A DNA stretch of 50,326 bases from a virus. Lineage: Duplodnaviria; Caudoviricetes. A program made the position numbers and the translations under genes. Where the stretch lies: IMG/VR virus record IMGVR_UViG_3300016643_000322, positions 1 to 50,326 of that record; one strand, written 5' to 3'. Positions 8,733-17,605 of the stretch are shown here, in pieces (position 1 is the first letter of the stretch; every line of letters starts with the position of its first letter). The notes beneath the pieces are model-generated. The model saw only the letters and a list, made by a program, of their open reading frames with translations. It did no database searches and was not told the DNA's origin.

Positions 8733-9083
8733 TTGTTGAATATCGGTGAAAGGCTGAGAGAGGAGCGCGTCCGCTTGGGTTTCAATCAAGGGGATTTCGC
8801 AGCTTTTGCGGGTGTCGCTAAGACCTCCCAGTTCAATTACGAAAAGGGTGACCGAAGCCCTGACGCGGATTACTTAGCTGCTGTGTACGCGAAAGGCGTG
8901 GATGTCCTTTACGTCATTACGGGCGAGCGCAAACCGCAGGCTGCCGATAGCATCCCAGCTGAGGCGTTGGAGCTTCTTAAGCTGTATGAAAATGTTAATG
9001 ATGCTGACCGACAGGTACTGCTGCGGATGGCTTCGGCGTTCGCTAGTGTCGCGGCTTCGAACACGAAGAAGGGCAGCAACTGA
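8733..9083 (+). CDS. XRE-family prophage immunity repressor
   Basis: IGERLREERVRLGFNQ...YEKGDRSPDADYL HTH_3 pattern; divergent switch position. Confidence 0.88.
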   Translation: MLNIGERLREERVRLGFNQGDFAAFAGVAKTSQFNYEKGDRSPDADYLAAVYAKGVDVLYVITGERKPQAADSIPAEALELLKLYENVNDADRQVLLRMASAFASVAASNTKKGSN

Positions 9084-9120
9084 GTGAGGCTTGTCGGATT
9101 AAGGCAATTGGATGTGATAC

Positions 9121-9145
9121 GCCGACCCAGCAGGTCGGCTTTTTT
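9121..9145 (+). terminator. Rho-independent terminator
   Basis: GCCGACC-cagca-GGTCGGC followed by T6. Confidence 0.75.
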
Positions 9146-9169
9146 CATGGAAGTTAAAGGAGTAGCGGA

Positions 9170-9970
9170 ATGGCTTTGAAGCCTTGTAAGTCCTGTAAAC
9201 ACAACGTCGATACAACAGCAAAGGTCTGCCCAAGTTGCGGCGTTAAAAATCCTGGGGTGACTGCGGGTCAGCAAGTATTCGCACTAGTGGTTCTTCTAAT
9301 CATCATCGCTGTCGCAGTTTCAATGTGCTCCGGCGGGAGTAAAGATAAAAATACTGACCAGGTCGCCCAGCAAGCTCAAGCTGCACCAAATACTGGGATG
9401 TTGCCCTCTTACTCAATTACCAAAGATGATGTCCGTGAAGGCAGGCCACGGAAGGTTGAGGTCATGCTACCCGAGCGCCTGAGCGAAGCCGCCCTCGCCG
9501 AAGTAGCAAAGGCTGTTCGCGCCGATACCAAATTCAAAGCCGAAAAAACCTTCATTGGGTTTCGCGTTGATGGGCAATCCGACAGCACTTACTGGGCAAA
9601 CGCCAGCTTCGATCCTGACTACCGTTCCTCACTGATCGGCCTGAGCGCGCAGGACTATCAAACCCTTAAAGCGCTGGACTTGAGGGCTTATCCGAACAGG
9701 ATTGGTAGTTGGTTGCGGGACGGCGCGCTGGGCCATGTGATGGTGCTGTATAAGCAGGACGACAAGTACTTGATCGATTCTGTCTTCTCCAGCGGTGGGA
9801 AAAATACGGCGCAATACGTAGGTAAAAAACTGCCAGATGGTGGGTTGCGCCTAGACGATCCCGAAAGCGGCTTTGACGAGCATTACGTAGTCGATGCCAA
9901 AGGCAACTTGCAAGGCTGGGGAGAGAATGGTGTTTATATGACGCTCCCTCCGTTCAAACCGGTTCAGTGA
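9170..9970 (+). CDS. Zinc-ribbon + single-TM membrane protein (accessory)
   Basis: CKSC..CPSCG, hydrophobic FALVVLLIIIAVAVSM, RBS AAAGGAG. Confidence 0.8.
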   Translation: MALKPCKSCKHNVDTTAKVCPSCGVKNPGVTAGQQVFALVVLLIIIAVAVSMCSGGSKDKNTDQVAQQAQAAPNTGMLPSYSITKDDVREGRPRKVEVMLPERLSEAALAEVAKAVRADTKFKAEKTFIGFRVDGQSDSTYWANASFDPDYRSSLIGLSAQDYQTLKALDLRAYPNRIGSWLRDGALGHVMVLYKQDDKYLIDSVFSSGGKNTAQYVGKKLPDGGLRLDDPESGFDEHYVVDAKGNLQGWGENGVYMTLPPFKPVQ

Positions 9971-10105
9971 CTTAACGAAACAAATATTTTTTGTCCGCCG
10001 CCCGATGACACAGCAAAACGTGATGGAAATTAGCTGTTCCCTGGGGGACTTTAACGGAGCTATGTAGGCTCCGAGTCCCCCGTTGCGTGTGAAAGGAGTA
10101 TTCGC

Positions 10106-10270
10106 ATGATGGAGAACAGCGGTGTATCGGGAAAGCAAGTGTCAGTCGTAGATGCGAATGGCCTTAGCGAACGGGAGGTGATGTTGCTGGCGATGTTCAG
10201 GGCGATCAGTCATCAACGGCAGAAAGATGTGCTGCGGCTGTTGGAGGTATTCACCCAGGCATCTGAATAA
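10106..10270 (+). CDS. 54-aa protein resembling the repressor C-terminal helices (not in supplied ORF track)
   Basis: AAAGGAG RBS; MMENSGVSGKQVSVVDANGLSEREVMLLAMFRAISHQRQKDVLRLLEVFTQASE; hairpin downstream. Confidence 0.7.
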   Translation: MMENSGVSGKQVSVVDANGLSEREVMLLAMFRAISHQRQKDVLRLLEVFTQASE

Positions 10271-10282
10271 ATAGCTCGCAGG

Positions 10283-10304
10283 CCCCGGATAAGTTCCGGG
10301 GTTT
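10283..10304. terminator. Hairpin between convergent genes, probable terminator
   Basis: CCCCGGA-taagt-TCCGGGG-ttt. Confidence 0.55.
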
Positions 10305-11574
10305 ATACTTGCTTATCGGCTTGAGCTTTTTTCCACTCCCGGTCTACCGCTCGCTTGGCTGTCTGTTCGCTGGCATATAACCACCGTAACCGTCTAGGTT
10401 TCGCCTGATCCCCCGCTGTAACCGTCTTTTCCTTCCCGGTTTTCTGGTCGCGATAGTAAGCGATTATCCCCGTGTAATCGCCCTGGCTCTCTTCCGCCAG
10501 ATCCTCAACGTTGTCCTCCGGCAACTTGCTCTCTAGCTCCAGGCTGACGGTATAGCCGCCATCCGGGCTCAGGTTGTGCTGCACGTTGCCCCCGTACCAG
10601 ATGATCTCGTCAATTTCCGCTTTAACGCCCTGGAGCGTGTAGGTCAGTTCGGGGATCAGGTTCGGCCGGCCCATCGCAAGGGTGTAGCTGAGCGTGGCAC
10701 TGCCTCGTTGCAGGCGTCGAAACTCGGCCCTTGCAGCCCTGAGCGCTGACTGCTGATCGCTGTAGGTGTGGCGCAGGTCCTTGAGGTTCTCGCCGCCGCC
10801 GGCAATCGCTTCCTGTTTCTTAGCGCTGTGCACATCGTAGAAATAGGCGCGCACACCGTCGTAGCTGTCGCGATCCGCCTGCAGGTAGCGGTGCTGATCG
10901 CCGTCGGCGCGTGTGAGGGTAATGTGGGGCAGGGGAAGCCCGCTGGCGGTCTTGCCGCCGCCAGCAGGGATGCACAGCAAACACCCAGCCTTCACGCTGG
11001 CCACCGCATCGAATTCTTCGCCCAGGCGCGTGATCAGGTTGGCGTCCGATTCGTTGGCCTGGTCGAGCTGCAGGATCGGCAACGCACCGAGCGCGCCGGC
11101 AACGGTCGAGGTGAGGTTGTTTCCCATGGCGATATCGCCGATGACTTTACCCAGCGTGGTATTGCTCCAGCTGCGCTCGCGCTTGGTCTTCAGCCCTTTG
11201 CGCAGGTCTGCTGATCGAGCGCGGATGCTGAGCACATCCGGCGCGCCGCTGTGTTCCGTCTCGTCGACGGTGTAGGTGCCCTTGTCGACTAGGCCGGTGT
11301 CGCTCCAACCCAACCACAAGCGAAGTACTGCGCCCTTGGGCGGTATCGACAGTAGGCTGTCATGGTCACTCAATGTGATCGTGAGCTGATCGGCCTCGAC
11401 GCCACGGTTATCGGTTAGATCCAGGTTCATCAGCCGCGGACTCACCTTCATGGCGATATCGTTGCCGTCCACCGTGAGACGGAAGGCCGGGACAGGATAG
11501 GCGGCATCCCGGACGAAGCGTTCCGCCGTATCCACGAGGTAACCGGTGACTTTGGACAGCGCGGCCTCTATCAC
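10303..11574 (-). CDS. D: P2 gpD-like late control/baseplate hub protein
   Basis: LTDNRGVEADQL, DQANESDANLITRL motifs; synteny. Confidence 0.9.
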   Translation of the reverse strand: MIEAALSKVTGYLVDTAERFVRDAAYPVPAFRLTVDGNDIAMKVSPRLMNLDLTDNRGVEADQLTITLSDHDSLLSIPPKGAVLRLWLGWSDTGLVDKGTYTVDETEHSGAPDVLSIRARSADLRKGLKTKRERSWSNTTLGKVIGDIAMGNNLTSTVAGALGALPILQLDQANESDANLITRLGEEFDAVASVKAGCLLCIPAGGGKTASGLPLPHITLTRADGDQHRYLQADRDSYDGVRAYFYDVHSAKKQEAIAGGGENLKDLRHTYSDQQSALRAARAEFRRLQRGSATLSYTLAMGRPNLIPELTYTLQGVKAEIDEIIWYGGNVQHNLSPDGGYTVSLELESKLPEDNVEDLAEESQGDYTGIIAYYRDQKTGKEKTVTAGDQAKPRRLRWLYASEQTAKRAVDREWKKAQADKQV

Positions 11575-12011
11575 AGCAGCCCCCGCAGAATGTTGAGCCC
11601 GGTGCTGGTAGCGGCGCCGAGCAGGTCGATACGGTCATCATCGGTACGCTTGAGTGTGAGGGTGAACTCAATACGCCGTGGCGTGCCGTCGCTGAAAAAG
11701 ATGGTCTTGTTCTCACTCAAACTTTCTATCACCCACAGGCCGTAGATCCGGCCGCTGCCTTCAACCATGGGCCAGGCCTTGCCGGTGTTTGCCATTAAGC
11801 GCAGGGCGTCGAGACTGAGGGCGCTGCCGGCTAGCTCGGGGAGGATGATGCCGGGGAGGGTGATGGCGTCCTCGCCACGCCCGACGAACTGCCGTGCGGG
11901 AGCGGCGCCGATGCGGTTGTTGCTGGCGTGGCGCCAATCGGTTTGGCGTTGCAGTTCCTGGTAAGCAGCGGTTTTGAGGCTGAACACGAACATGCCGAGG
12001 GCCATCATCAT
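11571..12011 (-). CDS. U: P2 gpU-like tail protein
   Basis: MMMALGMFVFSL..YQELQR..WRH. Confidence 0.9.
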   Translation of the reverse strand: MMMALGMFVFSLKTAAYQELQRQTDWRHASNNRIGAAPARQFVGRGEDAITLPGIILPELAGSALSLDALRLMANTGKAWPMVEGSGRIYGLWVIESLSENKTIFFSDGTPRRIEFTLTLKRTDDDRIDLLGAATSTGLNILRGLL

Positions 12012-12016
12012 GGTGG

Positions 12017-14638
12017 TCATTCCAGGTCAGAAAGTTTGCTGCGCTGACGCGCCTTTTTTTCGTTTTCGATGCGGGCCATCAGGGTGCGTACGGTCTTTTC
12101 CAGGCTTTGCAGATCGGTGCCAGGCCCTGCTGTGATGTTGAATTCGTAGGTATCGTGGCTGTCCTGGAGCATGGAAGGCGGCGCGCTGCTGATGGGCGGT
12201 GTAGTGTCCACGGCGAACGCAGGCATGGCAGTGGCGCCCAGGGCCAGAGTGCTGGCGGCGGTGAGTTGTTTAGTCATGCTGGTCAGTGCGGTCAGTGGGC
12301 CTTTCTGTCCGCCTTCCAGTCCCTGTGTGAGTCCTGCCATGGTGAAGCCGCCCAGCTCGGCGAACACACGCGATGGGCTATGGATGCCGAGCTTTTCCTT
12401 GAACCACCCGATGCTTGCATCGCCGATTGAGCTGATGGCGGTCTTGACGCTGCCAAGCCCCGCCATCAGTCCGTTGACCAGGCCGTTCACGATCATGTTG
12501 CCGAACTCAGTAAAGCGGTTGGGTAGGTCTATGCCCAGGTAGCTCAACACGCCAGCGAAGGCCTGGTAAATCAGGCCGATGGGGCTGAAGTTGGCGAGGG
12601 TATTGATGATGCTGACGATCCCACCATCGAACCCTGCTTTGATTTCCGTCCAGGCGTTGGCGAAGTAGTTCTTCACCGCGTCCCAGTTTTTGTAGATCAG
12701 ATAGGCACCACCCGCCAATGCCGCAACGACGGCGGCAATGACCAGCACAATCGGGTTTGCCGAGAGCCCCCACAGCGCGATACTAACGGTGCGAAGCGCG
12801 GTCACAAGCGGGCCGATGAGAATGCCGCCGAGTGTTCGCAGCACCGTGCCGAACACCTTGAAGATGCCGATGATGCCAGGCAGGCGCAGGCCGAACATGG
12901 CCAGGCTGAACCGCAAGAACAGGAACGGCCCCAGGATGCCGGCAAGTGTGAGGGCGAGCCCGCCGAAAACGGCTGACAACACCACCACACTGGCTATGAT
13001 TTTCAACAGGGTCGCAGTCAGCGTGGGGTTGGCTTTGACCCATCCATTGATCTTGTCCAGCACCCCACCGACGGCGTCCATGACTTCGACCATCGTGGCC
13101 CGCACGGACTCACCTGCGCCGCTTTTGGTGTTGAACAGTTTGTTTTGCAGCACCTGCCAGCGACCTTCGATCGCGTCGGCGCGGATATCCATCTCGCGTT
13201 GCATGGAACCACTGGCTGCTGCGTCGTTGACCAGGTCGAGTTGACGCTTCAGCTCGTCCAGGTTGTTGACCAGCTTGCCCGCGTCCTTGCCGAACTCTTT
13301 GCCGAAAATCCGCGTAGACACCTCTGTCTGGTGTTCAGGCGACAATTTTTTGATGCGGTTGAGGACACCCATCAACGTGCCCATGGCGTCCTTGCTCATG
13401 CCGCTTTGAACGGATTTTGAGTCAAGGCCGACCATCGCCATGCCTTCCTGAAACTTCTTGCTCTGCATGGTGGCAATGGACAGTTCGCGAACCATTGCCC
13501 TGGAAGCGCTCGCGGCAACTTCTGGTGCGGAGCCGAGGGACAGAAAGGTACTGCCTAACGCCGCCGCTTTGCGGTAGTCGAGCTTGTCGGCTACGTCGCT
13601 CATGCGGGTCAGCGTTTCGATGATGTCGCCGCCCTTGGAACGGGTGTTGTCGTCCAAGTAGTTGAGCGCGTCACCCAGTGCGGAGATGTTCTTGATCGGC
13701 ACTTTGTACAGGCCGGCGATTCGGCCCATGTCTTCGCCGACTTGTTCCGCTGGCAGGTCGAAGGCCACGGCGGCGGTAGCCGACACCTTCGCCATGGTCA
13801 GCAGGTTTTCCTTGCCCTGGATACCGGCCCGGGCTTGGGCTTCCACTAAAGCAGCGAACTCGGTGGTTGCAATGGGCATTTGGTTACTGGCCGCTTTGAT
13901 CGCATCTGCAAACTCGTAGTAGGTGGCGGTCAGCTTGCCGTTGTTGTCCCGCGCGCCGTCGACCTGCTTGGCGACGCCCATCATGGCGGTTTCGAAGTCG
14001 ACGTATTCCTTGACTACGCCGATTACAGGGCGGCTGGCGGCGTAGGCCACGCCCAGGCTGGAACCGCCGGCTACCGCCGCGTTGCCAGCAAACTGTTTCC
14101 CCTTATCGTAAGCGCCACGGGTTTCCGCCATGCGTTTCTGGCGGGCGCTGAGGGCCGTGAGGCGTTTAGTTTGTTCGGTGATGCTGGCGTTTGCGGCGCT
14201 CATATGCTCGCGCAGCTGGCGCTCGTGGGTGCCCAGATTCTTGGTGCTGATCCCGGCGTCGTAGAGTTTTGAACGTAGGCCCTGCAACTGCACGCTCTGT
14301 TGTTGGTGCTGCTGTTTGAGCTTTGTTGCCTCGCGCACCGCCGCTTGAAACTCCCGAGTCATCGCCTTGGTCGGCGCGCCGGTTGCGGAAAACTGCTTGC
14401 TGAGGGCTTTGACTTTTTCGCGGGCGGCGGTGAGGGCGGTACTGGTCAGTTCAGATGCGGCGCGTTGAGCCCTCCAGGCGCTGACGTCTTTTTGCTGTGT
14501 GTTGAGTTCCTTCAGGCGGTCGCGGGCAGCCTTGAGCGCGCGGGCGGTCTCCAAGCTGCCGTTGTTGATTTGCTTCAGCGGGCGGGTGGCTTTGTCGATG
14601 GCGTTCAGCACCACCTGTAACCGCAGATCATTCGCCAT
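12017..14638 (-). CDS. T: Tail tape measure protein
   Basis: MANDLRLQVVLNAIDKATRP, long Ala/Gly helical body, LGIHSPSRVFAELG. Confidence 0.92.
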   Translation of the reverse strand: MANDLRLQVVLNAIDKATRPLKQINNGSLETARALKAARDRLKELNTQQKDVSAWRAQRAASELTSTALTAAREKVKALSKQFSATGAPTKAMTREFQAAVREATKLKQQHQQQSVQLQGLRSKLYDAGISTKNLGTHERQLREHMSAANASITEQTKRLTALSARQKRMAETRGAYDKGKQFAGNAAVAGGSSLGVAYAASRPVIGVVKEYVDFETAMMGVAKQVDGARDNNGKLTATYYEFADAIKAASNQMPIATTEFAALVEAQARAGIQGKENLLTMAKVSATAAVAFDLPAEQVGEDMGRIAGLYKVPIKNISALGDALNYLDDNTRSKGGDIIETLTRMSDVADKLDYRKAAALGSTFLSLGSAPEVAASASRAMVRELSIATMQSKKFQEGMAMVGLDSKSVQSGMSKDAMGTLMGVLNRIKKLSPEHQTEVSTRIFGKEFGKDAGKLVNNLDELKRQLDLVNDAAASGSMQREMDIRADAIEGRWQVLQNKLFNTKSGAGESVRATMVEVMDAVGGVLDKINGWVKANPTLTATLLKIIASVVVLSAVFGGLALTLAGILGPFLFLRFSLAMFGLRLPGIIGIFKVFGTVLRTLGGILIGPLVTALRTVSIALWGLSANPIVLVIAAVVAALAGGAYLIYKNWDAVKNYFANAWTEIKAGFDGGIVSIINTLANFSPIGLIYQAFAGVLSYLGIDLPNRFTEFGNMIVNGLVNGLMAGLGSVKTAISSIGDASIGWFKEKLGIHSPSRVFAELGGFTMAGLTQGLEGGQKGPLTALTSMTKQLTAASTLALGATAMPAFAVDTTPPISSAPPSMLQDSHDTYEFNITAGPGTDLQSLEKTVRTLMARIENEKKARQRSKLSDLE

Positions 14639-14747
14639 CGGTGGAACTCCGTACCCTGGCACGTTCGCGCCAGTCCATCAGTTCTTGCAGGCCCAACTGA
14701 TCCATGTCAGCCGGTGCCCAGTGAAATACCACGGCCAGATCGGCCAT
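14628..14747 (-). CDS. gpE' extension (frameshift product of E)
   Basis: MADLAVVFHWAPADMDQLGLQELMDWRERA, P2 E'-like; slippery TTTTTTG upstream. Confidence 0.8.
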   Translation of the reverse strand: MADLAVVFHWAPADMDQLGLQELMDWRERARVRSSTDGE

Positions 14748-14755
14748 GGCTTCCT

Positions 14756-15091
14756 CTACGCAACGAGGGATGCATCCGTCTTCGCCGATTTCTGTAGCAA
14801 AAAACCGGTGATCTTCAGGCTCAAGGCAACCAGGTCGGCCGGGTCCATGGCGGCGACCTCAATGCTGGTAAGGCTCGGCGTGCTGATGCGCGGTACCACC
14901 TTGATCAAACTGTTGACGTCCAGTTGCAGTAGCTCGGACAGGCTTACACCACGCAGTTCGCCAGAGTTGGGCTTGCGCAACGTGATGCTGTCGATGGTGC
15001 TGGTACCACGACGAATCGGCGTGTCGAGGACGACGGTGTTGTCGTCGGCCAGCGGTTGTACGTCGGGCTGTTCGGTAGATACGTCTTTCAT
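14756..15091 (-). CDS. E: Tail assembly chaperone gpE
   Basis: LDTPIRRG..LRKPNSGELRG..MDPADL. Confidence 0.88.
   Translation of the reverse strand: MKDVSTEQPDVQPLADDNTVVLDTPIRRGTSTIDSITLRKPNSGELRGVSLSELLQLDVNSLIKVVPRISTPSLTSIEVAAMDPADLVALSLKITGFLLQKSAKTDASLVA
14798..14804 (-). other. Programmed -1 frameshift site (TTTTTTG) of E/E'
   Basis: Same heptamer as P2 near the 3' end of E. Confidence 0.75.
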
Positions 15092-15140
15092 GGTTAAAGC
15101 TCCTGAGGGCGGATGAGGGTGTTACGTGGCGGGTGCGAGT

Positions 15141-15656
15141 TTAGAAGCCCAGGGCGTTGCGCTGTTTTTCCAGCATGTCTACGCCGCCGACTTTCTCGAT
15201 GAAGTTGAGCAGGTCGATTTCGATGATCTCCTCGTTGTCGACGGTCAATTTGTAGTAGGTGCAGGTGGTGGTCATCGAATGTTCGGTGTCTTCGCCTGGC
15301 TGCGCGTCACCCATTTCGATGGTTTCGTGACGGCCGCGCACGACGATTTCCACGGCGCTGACTTCGCCTGTGTCGTCTTGCTCATAGGCGCCGGAAAAGC
15401 GCATAGCGACACCCGCCGCGCTGACCATGCCGAACTGCTTGAGACTGATCAGGTCCAGCCCGCCGGTCTTCCATTCCAGTTGGATACCGTCGTCGGAAAA
15501 GCCCAGGTCAGCCTTGACGGGGCCGTTCATGCCAGCGCCGCGCCAGGCTTCCATCTTGCGGCCCAGGGCGGGCAGGGTGACGGACTTGACCACGCCCCTG
15601 TAGATGTTGGCGTCGTTGAACAGCATGAGGTTCTTGAGTTTGCGTGGCATAGCCAT
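15141..15656 (-). CDS. FII: Major tail tube protein
   Basis: MAMPRKLKNLMLFND..VRGRHETIEMGD. Confidence 0.93.
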   Translation of the reverse strand: MAMPRKLKNLMLFNDANIYRGVVKSVTLPALGRKMEAWRGAGMNGPVKADLGFSDDGIQLEWKTGGLDLISLKQFGMVSAAGVAMRFSGAYEQDDTGEVSAVEIVVRGRHETIEMGDAQPGEDTEHSMTTTCTYYKLTVDNEEIIEIDLLNFIEKVGGVDMLEKQRNALGF

Positions 15657-15713
15657 GGCGGTGTTCTCCGGGTGTTGGTCTGCGGGTTAACGCCCCTCGC
15701 GAGGCGCCCCGGT

Positions 15714-16889
15714 TTAGCCGTTGATCTGGCTGGCGAACTGCATCAGGTAACGGTCGGTGATGCGCTGGCGTAGGGTGAGGTCTTCCAGGGGTGGCACTGG
15801 CGTGTAGTCGTAATCGATCGTCAGCTTGCCGGCCTTGAGGGTGTCTTTGTCGTTGATGTCTTCCGGGTACCAGGCACTGCCGCCGATCAGGTAGCCCTGG
15901 GCAATCAGCTCGCGGAACTTGGCGTTGATACCTTCGATGATGTCCCGCACCAGGGAGGCATGCATGGGCTTGTCCACGGCCCACATATGCGCCTCGGCCA
16001 TGGTGTCGGCGAGGATCTGCGCGGTTCGGGTGTAGTTTTCGAAGGCGAACAGCGGATCATCGCTGCAGGTGCGGCTGCCCCAGAAGCGGAAGCCGCCCTC
16101 GTTGATCAGGGTGGTGATCTCGTTGCTGTTGAGGTAGTTGGCGTCGGTGGCCGGGTTTTGCAGGTCCCAGAACACGTCGGCGCTGATGCCGGTGACACCG
16201 TTGACGGCGACGTTGGAAATGGTCTTGTGCCAGCCGGTTTCCTGATCAATCTTCGCCCGCAGGCCCAGGGCACGGGCTGTGGCGGCGGCGGGCACGGTCT
16301 TGCTGGTAACTGTGTCCCAGTTGAGGAAGTCCGGCCAGATCACCATCACTTCACGGGCGCCGAAGTTTTCGCGGTAAGCGACCACCTCTTCCTTGGTTTT
16401 GCAGTCCCACGCGCTGACATACGCAAATGCGCGCAGGTCTTGTGCCACCGACACCAGGGCAGTGGCCACCGGCAAACTGTCGAGACCCGGTACACCGAGG
16501 ATGCGCGGCGTCATGCCCACGCGGGCCTTGGCCGCGAGCAGGGCCTTCATACCAGTGTATTGACCGCTTGCGTTAGTAGTGCCGATCAATGCGCTGGTAG
16601 TGGTGGTTTCGTCGGTGCCTTCTTTCACTCGCACCACGATGACATAGGGTTTGGTCTGGTCGCCGATGGCTTGCAAGCTCGACGCCAGCGTGCCTTTGAC
16701 GCCGGCTTTGCCGATGGCGGCTTGGACACTGGTCAGAAGGACAGGTGTGTCGAGCGGGAACATAAGCGGGTCTGCATCTTCAGCCGTGCAAACCAGGCCG
16801 ATGACTGCGGTGGGGATGGTGCGAATGGGGCGGGTGCCGTCGTTGAGTTCGATGACCCGCACGCCGTGGAGATAGTCTGAACCGGCCAT
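15714..16889 (-). CDS. FI: Tail sheath protein
   Basis: DYLHGVRVIE..GFRFWGSRTCSDDPLFAFENYTRTAQ. Confidence 0.95.
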   Translation of the reverse strand: MAGSDYLHGVRVIELNDGTRPIRTIPTAVIGLVCTAEDADPLMFPLDTPVLLTSVQAAIGKAGVKGTLASSLQAIGDQTKPYVIVVRVKEGTDETTTTSALIGTTNASGQYTGMKALLAAKARVGMTPRILGVPGLDSLPVATALVSVAQDLRAFAYVSAWDCKTKEEVVAYRENFGAREVMVIWPDFLNWDTVTSKTVPAAATARALGLRAKIDQETGWHKTISNVAVNGVTGISADVFWDLQNPATDANYLNSNEITTLINEGGFRFWGSRTCSDDPLFAFENYTRTAQILADTMAEAHMWAVDKPMHASLVRDIIEGINAKFRELIAQGYLIGGSAWYPEDINDKDTLKAGKLTIDYDYTPVPPLEDLTLRQRITDRYLMQFASQING

Positions 16890-16930
16890 GGGTGGTTGCC
16901 TGCGCTGTGATGGAATGACAGTGCACAGGC

Positions 16931-16986
16931 TGCCGCGCGCGCGCCGGTTGGGCGAGCGCGAGGGGTTGTAGAGGAGGGGGTTACAG
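16931..16986 (-). promoter_or_regulatory. Late promoter element for F operon
   Basis: TTGTA-N11-TACAG plus GCCGCGCGCGCG block, repeated at V and O/P. Confidence 0.65.
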
Positions 16987-16996
16987 GTTCTTGCAA

Positions 16997-17596
16997 TTAT
17001 TGCGACTGGTCGGCAATCCACTCGGGAGCGGGGGGGCGTTCATCTGATGCTGGGAACGCGGAGGCCTGCGGCCAATCGCGAAGAGCTTGGACGTAAACGA
17101 GTAGTTCATGAAACTGGCTCGCCGAGAGCGTTGGTGCTACACCGATTTCCTGTTGGTCTCGGTGACGCTCCCGCAGCCATTTAACTGCTTCGATTTCGCT
17201 GTCTCGCCACTGGCGTTCCGCCGCGATCAAGTCTGCTTCTCGTAGGTTTTCGTCAAGTGCCCAATTGCTACCATCCCAGCGATAGCCCAGCCCTGGGTAG
17301 GGTATTGCGGTGAGGTTTGCGGGGAGCTTTCCGAACTCTTTCCATTGTGTTGTCTGGCCTGTATCTGTGTGATACACGAGGCCGCGAAAGTCAGGCAACA
17401 AGCACCACGTTTTTTCGCTATCAGGTATGTGCACAATTGCATACCCCGGTTTCTTGTTCGGGGGCTGCTCGGCAAACGCCATAGCAGGGACTAGCCAGTT
17501 GCCTTCTTCGAGTGGATCGGGATCGGCCTGGCACGGGCCAAGATATTCACCAGTAATGGGGTGGGCCTGGTACACCACCAGCGTGGATTCATTCAT
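16997..17596 (-). CDS. Tail fibre assembly chaperone
   Basis: TGEYLG..ADP..PDFRG..ERQWRD..YVQALRDWPQ; follows fibre gene. Confidence 0.85.
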   Translation of the reverse strand: MNESTLVVYQAHPITGEYLGPCQADPDPLEEGNWLVPAMAFAEQPPNKKPGYAIVHIPDSEKTWCLLPDFRGLVYHTDTGQTTQWKEFGKLPANLTAIPYPGLGYRWDGSNWALDENLREADLIAAERQWRDSEIEAVKWLRERHRDQQEIGVAPTLSASQFHELLVYVQALRDWPQASAFPASDERPPAPEWIADQSQ

Positions 17597-17605
17597 CGGG
17601 TCACC

